This document shows positions 1-11,833 of a stretch of DNA of 64,000 bases, piece after piece. Source of the stretch: Macrostomum lignano (taxonomy: Eukaryota); assembly GCA_002269645.1 (NCBI GenBank), contig NIVC01002933.1, positions 65,575 through 129,574 on the forward strand, written 5' to 3'. The notes beneath the pieces were generated by a model that worked only from the letters and a program-made list of their open reading frames with translations, was not told the origin of the DNA and did not search any database. The position numbers and the translations under genes are program-made. Every line of letters begins with the position of its first letter. The first letter of the stretch is position 1.

Positions 1-678
1 TGCCGCCTGTGCCACGCCTGCGTCACCGGCCTGCTGCACGAGGTGGAGAAGCGGCCCTGTCCCGGAAACACCGAGGCCTGCACACTCAGAGACCACCACT
101 CGGAGGAGGACGTCGGCGACGGCGACGGCGGCGGCGAGGTCGAGGTGAGCCAGGCTATCTGCTTTCCCGACATGGCGACGAGACGCGAGGTCGCCAAGCT
201 GCGAGTCCGCTGTCCGAACTGCGACGCCGGCTGCTCTGTCCAACTCGAATGGGCTCGCATGGACCAGCATGTGCAACAGAGCTGCGACTGGCACTCACTC
301 CGCTGTGAGCAGTGCAAAGAGCTCATCCTGAAGAAGGACATGCAGCGACACACCAGCAGCGAGTGTCGCCACAGGAAGGAGACCTGCGACCTGTGCTCTC
401 AGCTGGTCACACACAGCGAGATGGAGACCAGTCACAGGAATCTGCAGTCCGATGTGTGCTGTCCGAGATTCTCAGCTCGCTGTCCTCACTGCTCGGAGCG
501 GAGCACACCGATGGACAGGCGGGGATATGTTGCTCACCTGTCGGAGTGTCCCGAGAGACCGGTAGAGTGCAAGTACTCTCACCTGGGCTGCAGGGCGATG
601 GTGCGCAGGTCCGATGTGGAGAGGCACTACATGGACAGCGTGGACTCTCACCTTGAGCTCATGGACTCGAGGCTCTGA
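1..678 (+). pseudogene. TRAF-like copy 1 (RING/TRAF zinc-finger exon), 5' end outside window, in-frame TGA shortly before the exon donor
   Basis: Near-identical to the other copies. TGA at 676-678 replaces the AAG of KLKQAA. The homologous phase-1 donor follows at 707 (ACAG|GTAAAA). No coiled-coil exon is seen downstream. Confidence 0.8.
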
Positions 679-844
679 CAGGCCGTGATAGCTCAGCGGA
701 GTACAGGTAAAATAGAACTTTTTTATAATAAAAAATATTTTAGACTTTCATTACAACAGCCCCAAGGTGTGTCGCTGAGTTCAAGTGAGTCTTTGTTGCA
801 GAAGATGGGGCAGGCCGACTTCCCTAATGTTTTTTATACTGAGA

Positions 845-3180
845 TTTTATAATGCGGAAAAGTTTTTTAATCATTTGTCAGCGTCTGTGAGGACTGTAGC
901 GGCTTTCCAGAGTCTTGAACAATTTCAAAATTGCCCACGTGGCGCCAGGATCGAGTCACATGCCGAACAGCTAGTAATTCTTGTGAGCCTTCAAATTTTT
1001 ATGTTCTAGTGAGTTGTTAAACGCTTCTAAAAAGTAGAGAGGCATTACCATTTTTCAGCTACTCGAACAGCGGAACTCTGAGCCAGTGGATTCTGCTGCC
1101 TGAACTTGGTGACCGATTTGGCCAGCTTATCTAGTTACTTTGAGCCTTTCTGTCGTTAATACAATGATATTATTACTCGTGCTTCCTAATATTAAGCCTA
1201 TTACGAGCTGCGATGGTTGTAAAATCGCCAAATCAAGCGTTCGAATTTTTGCTGTTTCTGCATGCTGATTGATTTATGTCTCAGTTGTTGTGAAATTTAT
1301 CCAATATTCTTCGCTCTGAAAGCATCACCAAAAGTACACAGAATTCGGGTACAGGTCATCACAACACATGACTATAACGAGGAACGACTTGTTCGGTACT
1401 GCCTTGTAGCCTTCCTGTATTTCTTTACTAGAATGAAATGTTGACTCACCACTGCTAAAATTATAACTTTCCACAGTACTTAATGCAGTTCCGTTCTACA
1501 TGGAAAAGCTACAAGGTACTACAGCTGCACTTTATTAAAAGCCTATGCACTTTAAATAGTACGCACTAAAAGTTAAAACTTTTCGTCTGACAAGTTTCAT
1601 TGGTATCGAGGAAAACTTCTGCGATTTGGCTGGACTCGAGGACGATTCAATGGTTCATCAGTGTAACTAAAAACGGTTTGCTTCGAGCGCTTTTATGCAG
1701 TGTTGGGCAAGTTACTCAAAAAAAGTAACTTGCGTTACTGTAACTTAAGTTACCAATTTTTAAAAAGTAACTTACGTTAGCCTAGTAACTTTAGACAAAA
1801 ACCTGGTAACTTTTAAGTTACTGTCCGTTACTCACTTCCGTTACCCATGTTATTAACAAAATTTTCTGCTTTTTTCACATTGCACATTTTTTCACATTGT
1901 TGTTACCGAAATTTGCCATTGGGCATTGGGATTAACCGATTAACAGACAGAGACAGGAATTGACGACACGATGTGAGGCAAGTAGAAGGACCAATGGGCA
2001 ATGGCAATCAATAATTAAAATTATAAATGATAAATTAAACGAATATCAATAATTCAATAGAGTAAAATAAATAGAACTGTATAAAATGGTGTAGTGTATA
2101 CTGCAGTGCCAGTGGAGGGACTTGTGGAGGCTACAGATGAATTTCTTTCTTTGGTTGTTTGTTTGAATCAAACTTAAAAATTTTTAGTAACGAAAATGAA
2201 GGCGAAAATATTTTACCGAAATTAACAAAGTAAAACATGTTTCAAGTATTTCTTCATTAATTAAGCGCAATACCATATGATACTATTCACTTAATTTTGA
2301 ATTTAGGAATGAAAAATGCAAAAACATGTGACAACCGGCGTACTAGCTAAGCATTTCAGTTTTAAATTTAAATATTGCGATTGTTGCAAAGTACTCTGTA
2401 ACGGACTTCTGAAATTTGAGTAACTTACCGTTACTCCGTTACTAAAATAAAAAAGTAACTTGCGTAAGGAACGCTTTACGAAAAAGTAACTTGCGTTACC
2501 ATTTGCAAGTTACTCGGTAACGGAAGTGCCCAACACTGCTTTTATGATTAATTAAAATCGACATCGAAAATTCACTTCTACTCTCAGCTCCTCAACGGGC
2601 CGTTCCCGATAAAAACTGTACCAAGGCTAAGAAGCGTCCCAGAGTCACGCCCCAAAGTTGTTTCAGAGCCGTTGCAGGTAACACAGGTAAAATAGGAAAG
2701 AGGTGACTCTAAATGACTCTAAAACGGTGAGATGTCACTGTCAAACTTCGCCGAAAAGTCATCAAAGAGTCACTTAAGGCTCAATCTGATGTGTTTGATT
2801 GTCTGCGACCCTGAAATGCCTTTAGTGTGTGATGGAAGTGACTCTGTGGCGCTTTTATACTGACTCTGGGGCCGGCGCGTCTGCGTTACATTTTGCGTTT
2901 ATAAAAAAACTCTGTTTAGTCTACTTGAGTTAGTAATAAGTTACGTGAATACGACTCTTGGACAACTTTTGCGCGACTCATATGATTATACAACTCACTT
3001 GATGCGCTCGAGACTCAAGAGTCTCCTCTAAGCCGCATTGCAGTCGCTTGAGTCGTTACAAGAGTCGCTCCTGAGTTGCTCGAGTAATTTTTGCTACAAC
3101 TCCTGCTAAACGATAGCGATTCTTGTCCAAGACTTTGACGTTTTCAGCGTGTGTCCAATCGCCAATAAAACAAATCAAAA
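845..3180 (+). repeat. Segmental duplicate A (interrupted by the hAT MITE) of 3875-5215
   Basis: Collinear similarity, e.g. CAGAGTCTTGAA.AATTTCAA, GGATCGAGTCA, CCTGAACTTGGTGACCGAT.TGGC and GCAGGTAACACAGGTAAAATAG in both copies. Confidence 0.85.
1698..2538. mobile_element. Non-autonomous hAT-type DNA transposon (MITE)
   Basis: TIRs CAGTGTTGGGCA / TGCCCAACACTG. 8-bp TSD CTTTTATG at 1690-1697 and 2539-2546. Many subterminal GTAAC/GTTAC motifs. The paralogous region near 4770 has a single CTTTTATG (empty site). Confidence 0.92.
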
Positions 3181-3350
3181 AGACGGAACCTACTCTTGAA
3201 GCTATCCTCGGCTGAAGGTGGCAAGTTTCACGGATGCAGCAACTGCCACTGGGCGGTCTGACGACTCGGACTCACGAACTGGCTGCATGTTGAACAAAAT
3301 GCTGTTGTAACTGAAATTTGACTCACCTCCACTACATTCCCAGTTCCGAA

Positions 3351-3504
3351 AAGCTAACACAGTGTACTTGCTAAGCTAACACAGTGTACTTGCTAAGCTA
3401 ACTCAGTGTACATGCTAAGCTAACTCAGTGTACATGCTAAGCTAACTCAGTGTACATGCTAAGCTAACTCAGTGTACATGCTAAGCTAACTCAGTGTACA
3501 TGCT
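3351..3504. repeat. 22-bp tandem repeat GCTAAGCTAAC(A/T)CAGTGTAC(A/T)T
   Basis: About 7 units read directly. The same unit occurs at 7333-7465. Confidence 0.9.
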
Positions 3505-3874
3505 GTTGCGACTTTCCTAGTCATTTCTTAGTTCACCTTCACTTGTCTCTGTTTACTCTGTTTTCTCTCTCTCTCTCTCTGTCTAGCTCAATCTTGTTAT
3601 TCTTATCTCTCTCTCTCCCTTGCTGCCTTCTGATTGGTTCTCCATTCTCGCCTCTCTATTTAGTCGCGCACTCCACCCCTCTCTTTATTATCTGCAATTC
3701 AAACCGCCTAAGTTAATGTCTGGTATAAATATACTTGTTTGGGCCCTGCGCCCATTTACTGGCTTATCTTAAATTCAATTTAACTCTAATTTAAATATCT
3801 CATAATTCAATCGTTACTAGTATTTTCTCTACATAATACCTGTTCGGGCGCCATGTAGAGAAAATACTAAGATT

Positions 3875-5215
3875 TTATAATTCAGAAAAGTTTTCCATTG
3901 AACGAGCTACATTCTTCAGCGTCGGAAGCTGCTGTGAGGTTTGCAGCAGCTTTTCAGAGTCTTGAAAAATTTCAACAGCGGCCACGGGACGTCAGGATCG
4001 AGTCATCTACCGAACAGCTGGTCATTTAGTAATTTGCTAAACGAATTCAAAATGATTCTCCCATTTTAGCTACTCGAATTGCGTCATTCTGAGGCAGTCG
4101 GTTTTGCGTCCTGAACTTGGTGACCGATCTGGCAAGCTTATCGAATTACTTCGAGCTTTTACTTGATACTTTATTACTCATATTTCTTAATATCCTGCCT
4201 ATCAAAACGCCAAATCAAGCGTTCGAACTTTGGAAGTTTTCTTGTATGCTGATGGATCGAGAATTCTTCGCTACAGAAGCATCAACAGAAAGTGCACTGA
4301 AGGTCAGAAGTGGCTTGCAGGTCATGGAAACATAACAATAATGAGAAACGTGACATTTCTAAGGCTTATTCGGTACTACCTTGTAGCCATGCTGCGTTGC
4401 ACGACAAGAATAAGTTTGTGATTCAGTGCTATAATTATAACTTCGGACAGCAAATAATGCAGCTCTGTTCTTGAAAATCCTTGAAAAGCTATACAAGGTA
4501 CTACAGCTGCATCTCAATAACTTACTTTGCACTTTAAATAGTACACACTAGATGGTAAAACTTTTCGTCTGTCTGACCATTCTTTTGTACGCAGGAAAAC
4601 TGCTGAACTATTTATTGGCAAGACTAAAGCGCTTTTCAATGCGCACTTCTGGGATTCACTCTGACTACCCCATATTGACAAGAATCTTCACTAAGCGCTC
4701 CTTAAAGCAATTAGGTTGTTTATTTTCTAGGGGAAATACCAGATGACTAAAAACCGTTTGATTCGAGCACTTTTATGATTAAAATCGATATAGAAATCTT
4801 GCTTCTACTCTTAGATCCTCAACGGGCATTGCAGGTAACACAGGTAAAATAGAAAAGAAGCGACTCTAGTCCCCCTAGACGACTTGTTTAAAGGATGTGT
4901 CACTTGATGAATTAGAATCGCATTTCGAACTTATAACAACTCTATTCAGTCTACTCGAGTTAGTATGAAGCTATGCGTGAATATAACGACTATTAGACAA
5001 CTTTTTTGCGACTCATACGATTCTACGACTTAAAAGTCGCTTCTAAGCCGCATTACAGTCACTTGAGTTGGTAAAACGTCACAAGAGTCGCCCCAGAGCT
5101 GCTATAGTAATCTTTGGTATGACTCTAGCGATTCTTGTCCCGCTACGTAACGTTTTCAATGTGTTTCAACTTGCTAATATAACAAATAACAAAGACAGAA
5201 CTAACAATTGAAGCT
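3875..5215 (+). repeat. Segmental duplicate B of 845-3180
   Basis: Same anchors as duplicate A, without the MITE. Confidence 0.85.
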
Positions 5216-6013
5216 TTTAATTTAGCAAAAAATCGAAAGATGGAAAACTGAGGCAAGAGCCAGACTATAATTAGAAGTAATAAAACTGGACCTCATCGTT
5301 CGACACGCGACTATTTTTTTAATTGCTTTAAATAGCCCGTGCACACAAAACGCACAAAAATAAAACGATCCATTTGGGGCCGCCATATACGCAAAATTAT
5401 ACGGACGAGATAGAAAAAAAATTTTATTGGCAATTTTGTTTGTGCAAAAATCTGACAACCTACTTTAGAATTTCCCATGGAGCTGCATTTATCGGGACAC
5501 AAATATCAAACCTCGGGAGAGACTTATGCACGAGAAACATTATAGAGATCCCTAATGCCTACTGTTCGCTGTAAAATAAATGAAAAATAAAAGAGCTGAG
5601 CGTCTCGCGTGTACGCATTCTTTCAAGTCCGCTAACCCATAAATACAGGCATTCGAATCGGCAACTCACAGTCGAAAGCACAGTTGACCTGATTGAACGG
5701 AGAACCACTGGTCCGAAATAATAGCAAAGTAAACAAAAAGGCAATGTGTACTTTTTCACGCACTAAAAGTACGCAGCGGAGCAATTTCAGATATCGTATG
5801 AGTATTCATAAACAATTCTCCCGAGCTATTTTAAAATCCAACAAGTCAAGCCATTCCGTGAGTGGAAAAATCAATCAAAGACAAGGAGACATGTAAGAAG
5901 CAAAATTATGATTTTAAGTAATCACGAGCTTGTAAAGAAATGGGTAGAATAACTGCAGATGCCTTTGCAATGCATGTTTTACGCTAAGTTTAAAATGCAT
6001 TGAAAAGTGAATA

Positions 6014-7844
6014 TTACAAGCTTGAACCAACTCGCAACTTCAGGCAGAAAACGTTGCCCCGAGCATCTCCGACAAGCAGATGCAGCTGAGCATCGAATGA
6101 CAGCAGCTTCATCGTAGTAACTTCGCAGCTGTGCTTGAAGTGCGACACCTGCAAAAATTGCAGGGTTCGAAATATTCTGATAATAAAAAACACAATGCGA
6201 TAAAAGCTCATGAGGGAGATTTTAAGCCGCACCTCAGCGAGCTGGTTCAGTGCAGCTCCGGCCTGCATGCGCCAGACGCTGACTTCCCCACCGAGGCCGT
6301 GGCGAGGAACGGCAGGACGCCGCTCAGATCGTCCGTCAGCCGGCAGAGGGCTGTGATTGGCTGCGCGTGGCACTGCGATGGTCGGTGAGAACGGTGCGAT
6401 GAGATATTTCTTCTGAGGTCAGATTTTCAAGACGTTGAAATTCTCTGCAGCTGTTCAAAAGGCTTACCAGAAATCTGCTGACCACTGGGCAGAGCTGCAT
6501 GCTGGAGTCCATTCTGAGCACCGAGATCCGCCCGGGTATCCCACAAGGGAATATCAGGCAGGCTTCTCCGGGCAAGTCGCCGGCAGCGAATACCTGCAGC
6601 AAGGCCGCAGCTCCGTCCAGCAAGTCGAGTCGGTCAGAAGCTCGCCAGCCTCCAACAATGGCAGGACCCGCCAACGCGGTGCGCAGCGTCGCCAAGTAAA
6701 GCCTGGGGTTGCCGAGCTGCAAGCAGAGCATGTAGTCCGGCTCCACGATCCGCAGAAGCACCGGCGGCCCAGCCGTCGCATCCAGGTCGCCGGCACCACT
6801 TTGGTGCCGAAGGGCGACGAAACTGCCCTGAGCTGCCACCAAAGCCAAAGTGGAATCTTCAAAGCCTACGACTGCCGCATGATTCTCAGGGATGGGGCAG
6901 AGGGCTGTCACGGGCGAGTGGCTGTCCAGCAGCTCTGCGACTCCAGCATTCAGCATGTCACGCAGAAGCGACTCATGGCCTTGAAGTAGGAGCTGCCCAC
7001 AGCGGATTCTGACCAGGCCTCTCCGCTGCTGCCAGCTGAGCAACAGAAGACTACCCGTCGGCGAGTTCAGATGGGTCACGGCGCCCCAAAGCGATGGCGC
7101 CAGCATTCGATGCTGCAGACACATGGAGTCCAGGTGCCACAGCAGCACGGACCCGTCCGCGCCGCCAGTGGCAACAAAAGAAATGTTTCCAAGACGGCAG
7201 ACTGCGGCGACTCGACTGCTGTGACCTCGGCTGAAGCCCAGCTCAGCGGGTGGCAAGTTTGAAGGATGCAGCAACTGCACTGGGCGGTCAGACGACTCGG
7301 GGTCGCGAACGGGCTGCAAGTTGAAGGCGAAAAAGCTAACACAGTGTACTTGCTAAGCTAACACACTGCACTTGCTAAGCTAACAAACTACACTTGCTAA
7401 GCTAACACAGTGTACTTGCTAAGCTAACACAATGTACTGGCTAAGCTACGAACACAGTGTACTTGCAAGTCTTACAACATGCACTTGTTCGGCTCCACCA
7501 CAAGGAAGACGAAAATGTTGCGTCGCAATCGACCCGCCGGTTGCAATAAAATTCGCTGAAGGCGCTGCTGGATCCTGGACAGGCTCCTGCGGCGAATCAG
7601 TCAGCCTTTCGTCAAACAAAATTCTGCTGCTGTCCGTGGCGGAGTCACGCGCTGGTCGGCTCCCAGAGTTGCCTGAGAATCCGTGAAGTTGAATAGTTTG
7701 CTACTTTTCAGAAAATTGAAGCCAGAAACACACATGACATAAATTTGTATTTAAAAATGTTTCACTTACCAATAGCTCGCTGCAGCCGTTGAGAAGAGGC
7801 AATTTGGCGCTGAGGTGCGATCGAAGCGCCACGAGGTCTCTCGG
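6014..7844 (-). pseudogene. WD40-repeat gene A (5'-truncated, fused to TRAF copy 2, frameshifted)
   Basis: Exons about 7844-7770, 7700-7476, 7335-6468, 6372-6230 and a last exon ending at 6014. WD-type motifs GHSSRVAAV...VATGGADGSVLLW and CHAQPITAL...LATAS...VSVW; C-terminus LLVGDARGNVFCLKL. Exon structure is paralogous to gene B. Frameshift near 6290 relative to B. Confidence 0.75.
7333..7465. repeat. 22-bp intronic tandem repeat (same unit as 3351-3504)
   Basis: GCTAAGCTAACACAGTGTACTT units inside a WD40-A intron. Confidence 0.85.
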
Positions 7845-8502
7845 GACACTCCGACAGGTGAGCAACATATCCCCGCCTGTCCATCGGTGTGCTCCGCTCC
7901 GAGCAGTGAGGACAGCGAGCTGAGAATCTCGGACAGCACACATCGGACTGCAGATTCCTGTGACTGGTCTCCATCTCGCTGTGTGTGACCAGCTGAGAGC
8001 ACAGGTCGCAGGTCTCCTTCCTGTGGCGACACTCGCTGCTGGTGTGTCGCTGCATGTCCTTCTTCAGGATGAGCTCTTTGCACTGCTCACAGCGGAGTGA
8101 GTGCCAGTCGCAGCTATGTTGCACATGCTGGTCCATGCGAGCCCATTCGAGTTGGACAGAGCAGCCGGCGTCGCAGTTCGGACAGCGGACTCGCAGCTTG
8201 GCGACCTCGCGTCTCGTCGCCATGTCGGGAAAGCAGGTAGCCCGGCTCACCTCGACCTCGACCTCGCCGCTAGCGTCCTCCTCCGAGTGGTGATCTCTGA
8301 GTGTGCAGGCCTCGGTGTGTCCGGGACAGGGCCGCTTCTCCACCTCGTGCAGCAGGCCGGTGACGCAGGCCTGGCACAGGCGGCACCCGTGCAGAGTCTG
8401 TTGGGCGTTGAAGAGCGGCTTTGAGCAGCTGCTGCACTGCAGGTGAGCCGGCAGATCGGAGACCGGCCGTGCGGCCGTCACACTCGAAGGCAGCTCGGAC
8501 AT
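7845..8502 (-). pseudogene. TRAF-like copy 2, truncated after ...SECPERP and joined to a WD40-A exon
   Basis: ATG at 8502 (MSELP). Similarity to the other copies stops at GAGAGACC (about 7845), after which an unrelated exon ending in a GTAAGT donor follows. Confidence 0.85.
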
Positions 8503-10214
8503 GGCGGTTGAAGCAGGGAACTGTTTTCAAACGTTTTTAATTGTCAGTCTTAAGTATGTTGCCTTCACTTTACTAGGGTTACTGCTAATGCCACAGGGTT
8601 CTACCTACACTCTTCAGTACTGTCTACTGTACTGCAGCTCTTTCCTCTGGATAAGGTTGTTCATATCGCGTGCGTTGCTTCCTTGTTAAAGGCTGCCTGT
8701 GATTCTGTTTATAGGCGTTTTCATTTTAGATGAAGTTTTCCTTTTTTACAAAACGTCTAAAATTAAATGTACTGCGGTGTCGTGAGTACACTATTAGCTA
8801 CAGTGATGGAAATGTAAATTTCCTTCGCTTTCTTCACTTTGAACAGATAGAAAAACACATTTATACGAGCGTATATCTGCTTAAAACATGATCAGGTACA
8901 ACCTATGACATTTCACGGACTACTTAAGTAGACGATATAAACGACAATTAAGTAGTCTGTGAATATGATTCGGTAAATAGCACTCTTTAACATTGGCATC
9001 AAATCAAAAGATTGACAAAACTTAAAACATTTTTATGGCTCGCAATTCAGGCCACCCATTCGCAATTGAGGTGACATGTTTTCGTCAGGAAGAGGTCGCC
9101 GGCGCCCCGACTGGACAAAAAGCGGATCCCGCTACCGGCCACAGTGCCAAAATGTCCAACTGGGTCAATGGACTCTAGTAGCTATGATATTAAAACGAAA
9201 AGCCATCGTATTCATTGAATTCATACATCATCAACATATAGCCCCTAAATAGTCGCGAACGAGAATGGCTGTTAACCAAACGAAAACAGAAAAATCACTT
9301 GAAGCAGAGAAAGATATTTAATTTTTAATATATTCATTGTCTCCTCTCGGCTTTCCCAGATAGATATTTTAGTACATTGGCTATGAATTATTGGAAAAGA
9401 ACACTTCAACGCTGCTATCATGATCAAATTTCTTCAACTTTAACTCAGTGTGCAAAATTATACTCAACTCACAGTAGTGGTGTGTACTCGTAGGCACAAT
9501 TAGAAGCCACCGATGTGCTTGGGAACCAGATTTTTAAGCCGTTGATATTTTAAGCGGCTTTCCACGGATAATCCTTAATATCTCATCGCAAGCGGCAAGT
9601 CCAAGTGAAGCCCATAGCAATTCCGTGGATTCTCCAGCAGTGAAGAACGCATTCAATACTCGTACGAGGCTATTCTACGGCTTTTCCGGCTAAATCAGAA
9701 TGGTAATGTTTCAAAGAAAAGAACTTCAAAGAAAACGTGAGTACAGTGCATGCGCACACAGTTGCCGCCCAGTTAAAAGGCGAAATGCAGACTCTACTTA
9801 GCTCGCAGTAGAGTGAAACATGGTGTACGCCACAAAGTGTTTTTGTATTGCACATTGCAACTAAGTACAGTCAACACTGCACGTTTAAAAGGGAACTTGT
9901 TTTTTGCGCTTGGCATTGTACGCAAAGTTAGTACACTAAGTTTTTCGCAACCAAGCGATGGAGTTTTGCTGCTTTATAAACGCGTATAGGTTTCTCAGCA
10001 TTGTGTCAACAAAAAATTAAGCAACACCTCAAAAGAGGCCCAGAACTTCTAAAGAAATCCCGCAAGAATTGCTGGCTAGTTTTATGAAATGATTGATGTG
10101 ATCTGATTTGGATAATTGCATTACTGATATCAGAATAACTATATGATTACTAAACCCTGTATCTGTTAAACTGCAAGTAATGAGGTGCAGAGTAAGTATT
10201 TGTACGATGTCTTC

Positions 10215-10440
10215 CTTGTTAAAGGCTGCCTGCATGCATCTATTTATAGGCTTTATTCATTTTGGATGAAGTTCTACTTTTTATGTACGTCTAAAATTAA
10301 ATGTACTGCGGTGCTGTAAGTACACTATCAGCTACCGTGATAGAAATGTACACTTCCTTCGCTTTCTTAACTTTTGAACAGATATAAAAACACATTTATA
10401 TATCTGCTTAAAACATGATCAGATACGAGTACAATCTATG
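10215..10440. repeat. Orphan copy of the TRAF upstream flank (direct repeat of 8680-8900)
   Basis: Shared CCTTGTTAAAGGCTGCCTG, CGTCTAAAATTAAATGTACTGCGGTG and TATCTGCTTAAAACATGATCAG. Confidence 0.8.
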
Positions 10441-10789
10441 ACGTTTTTGCATACAGCTGGTAAATAGGTATGAAAGGCTCATTGTGTATTATTGAAATAT
10501 CACTAAAGAGTAATGTGAAAGATATTAGAAAAATAACGTTACTATCTTTTATGCTTCTACACTTCTGTAAACAGAACTTAAAAATTCATAGGTAATAGCT
10601 ACTTGTTTAGGTATTCTCAATCCCAGCTAAATATTCATGAATATCCGAGTGTTAAAGGGATAAAACTATGAAATTGACAATAGAAAAATTCTAACAAAAG
10701 CAGAATTTGTCATCTGTTGCCTGATAATTCTTTGCCTTCATTTTTTGTCTTTAATTTTGCCCAGACAAGAATTCAGTACTAGAATTCAT

Positions 10790-11290
10790 AGACTACTAGA
10801 ATAGGTTACTAGAATTCATTTCCAGAGTTCATAGACTACTCGAATAGGTTTCTAGAATTAATTAATAGAGCTCATAGACTACTAGAATAGGTTACTAGAG
10901 CTCATAGACTACTAGAATAGGTTACTAGAGCTCATAGACTACTAGAATAGGTTACTAGAGCTCATAGACTACTAGAATAGGTTACTAGAGCTCATAGACT
11001 ACTAGAATAGGTTACTAGAATTCATTACTAGAGCTCATAGACTACTAGAATAGGTTACTAGAATTAATTACTAGAGCTTATAGACTACTAGAATAGGTTA
11101 CTAGAATTCATTTCCAGAGTTCATAGACTACTAGAATAGGTTACTAGAATTCATTTCCAGAGTTCATAGACTACTAGAATAGGTTACTAGAATTCATTTC
11201 CAGAGTTCATAGACTACTAGAATAGGTTACTAGAATTCATTTCCAGAGTTCATAGACTACTAGAATAGGTTACTAGAATTCATTACTAGA
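10790..11290. repeat. Minisatellite, core TAGACTACTAGAATAGGTTACTAGA (30-bp and longer unit variants)
   Basis: Read directly. Confidence 0.9.
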
Positions 11291-11833
11291 ATTCACTACG
11301 TTTTACCTTCAAGCCGTTTATAAAAATTGCCTGAGCTATTTATAGAAATTACAATGAGATGCTCAATCTCAAAAAAAACTATCAGAAGCTGAGTGAGTAC
11401 ATGGCCAACAAATGCATCGCACTGCTCACGCTACTCAGTGTACATCAGCAACGTAAAAGAAGCGAAATTGATCAAAGTTCTTCCTGAAACATGAAACCTT
11501 CTACTTAAAACTAAAGCTTTCTTCTACACTAACGGTGAGTAGTCAGTGATGTGTGAGTAAATTGAAAAATGAAAAACGAAAATTGAGTAATAGTAATAAA
11601 ACGAGAACCGTAACTCATAAAGCCTATAAACAGAATCACAGAAGCCTTTAACAAGGAAGCAACGCACGCGATATGAACAACCTTATTCAGAGGAAGAGCT
11701 GCAGTACAGTAGACAGTACTGAAGAGTTTAGGTAGAACCCTGTGGCATTAGCAGTAACCCTAGTAAAGTGAAGGCAACATATTTAAGACTGACAATTGAA
11801 AACGTTTGAAAACAGTTCACTGCTTCAACCGCC

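Noticed and set aside
3818-3869. 17-bp perfect inverted repeat with an 18-nt loop, terminator-like
   Set aside because: Eukaryotic context and no U-tract. It may be a tiny TA-flanked transposon remnant, but one copy cannot support that.
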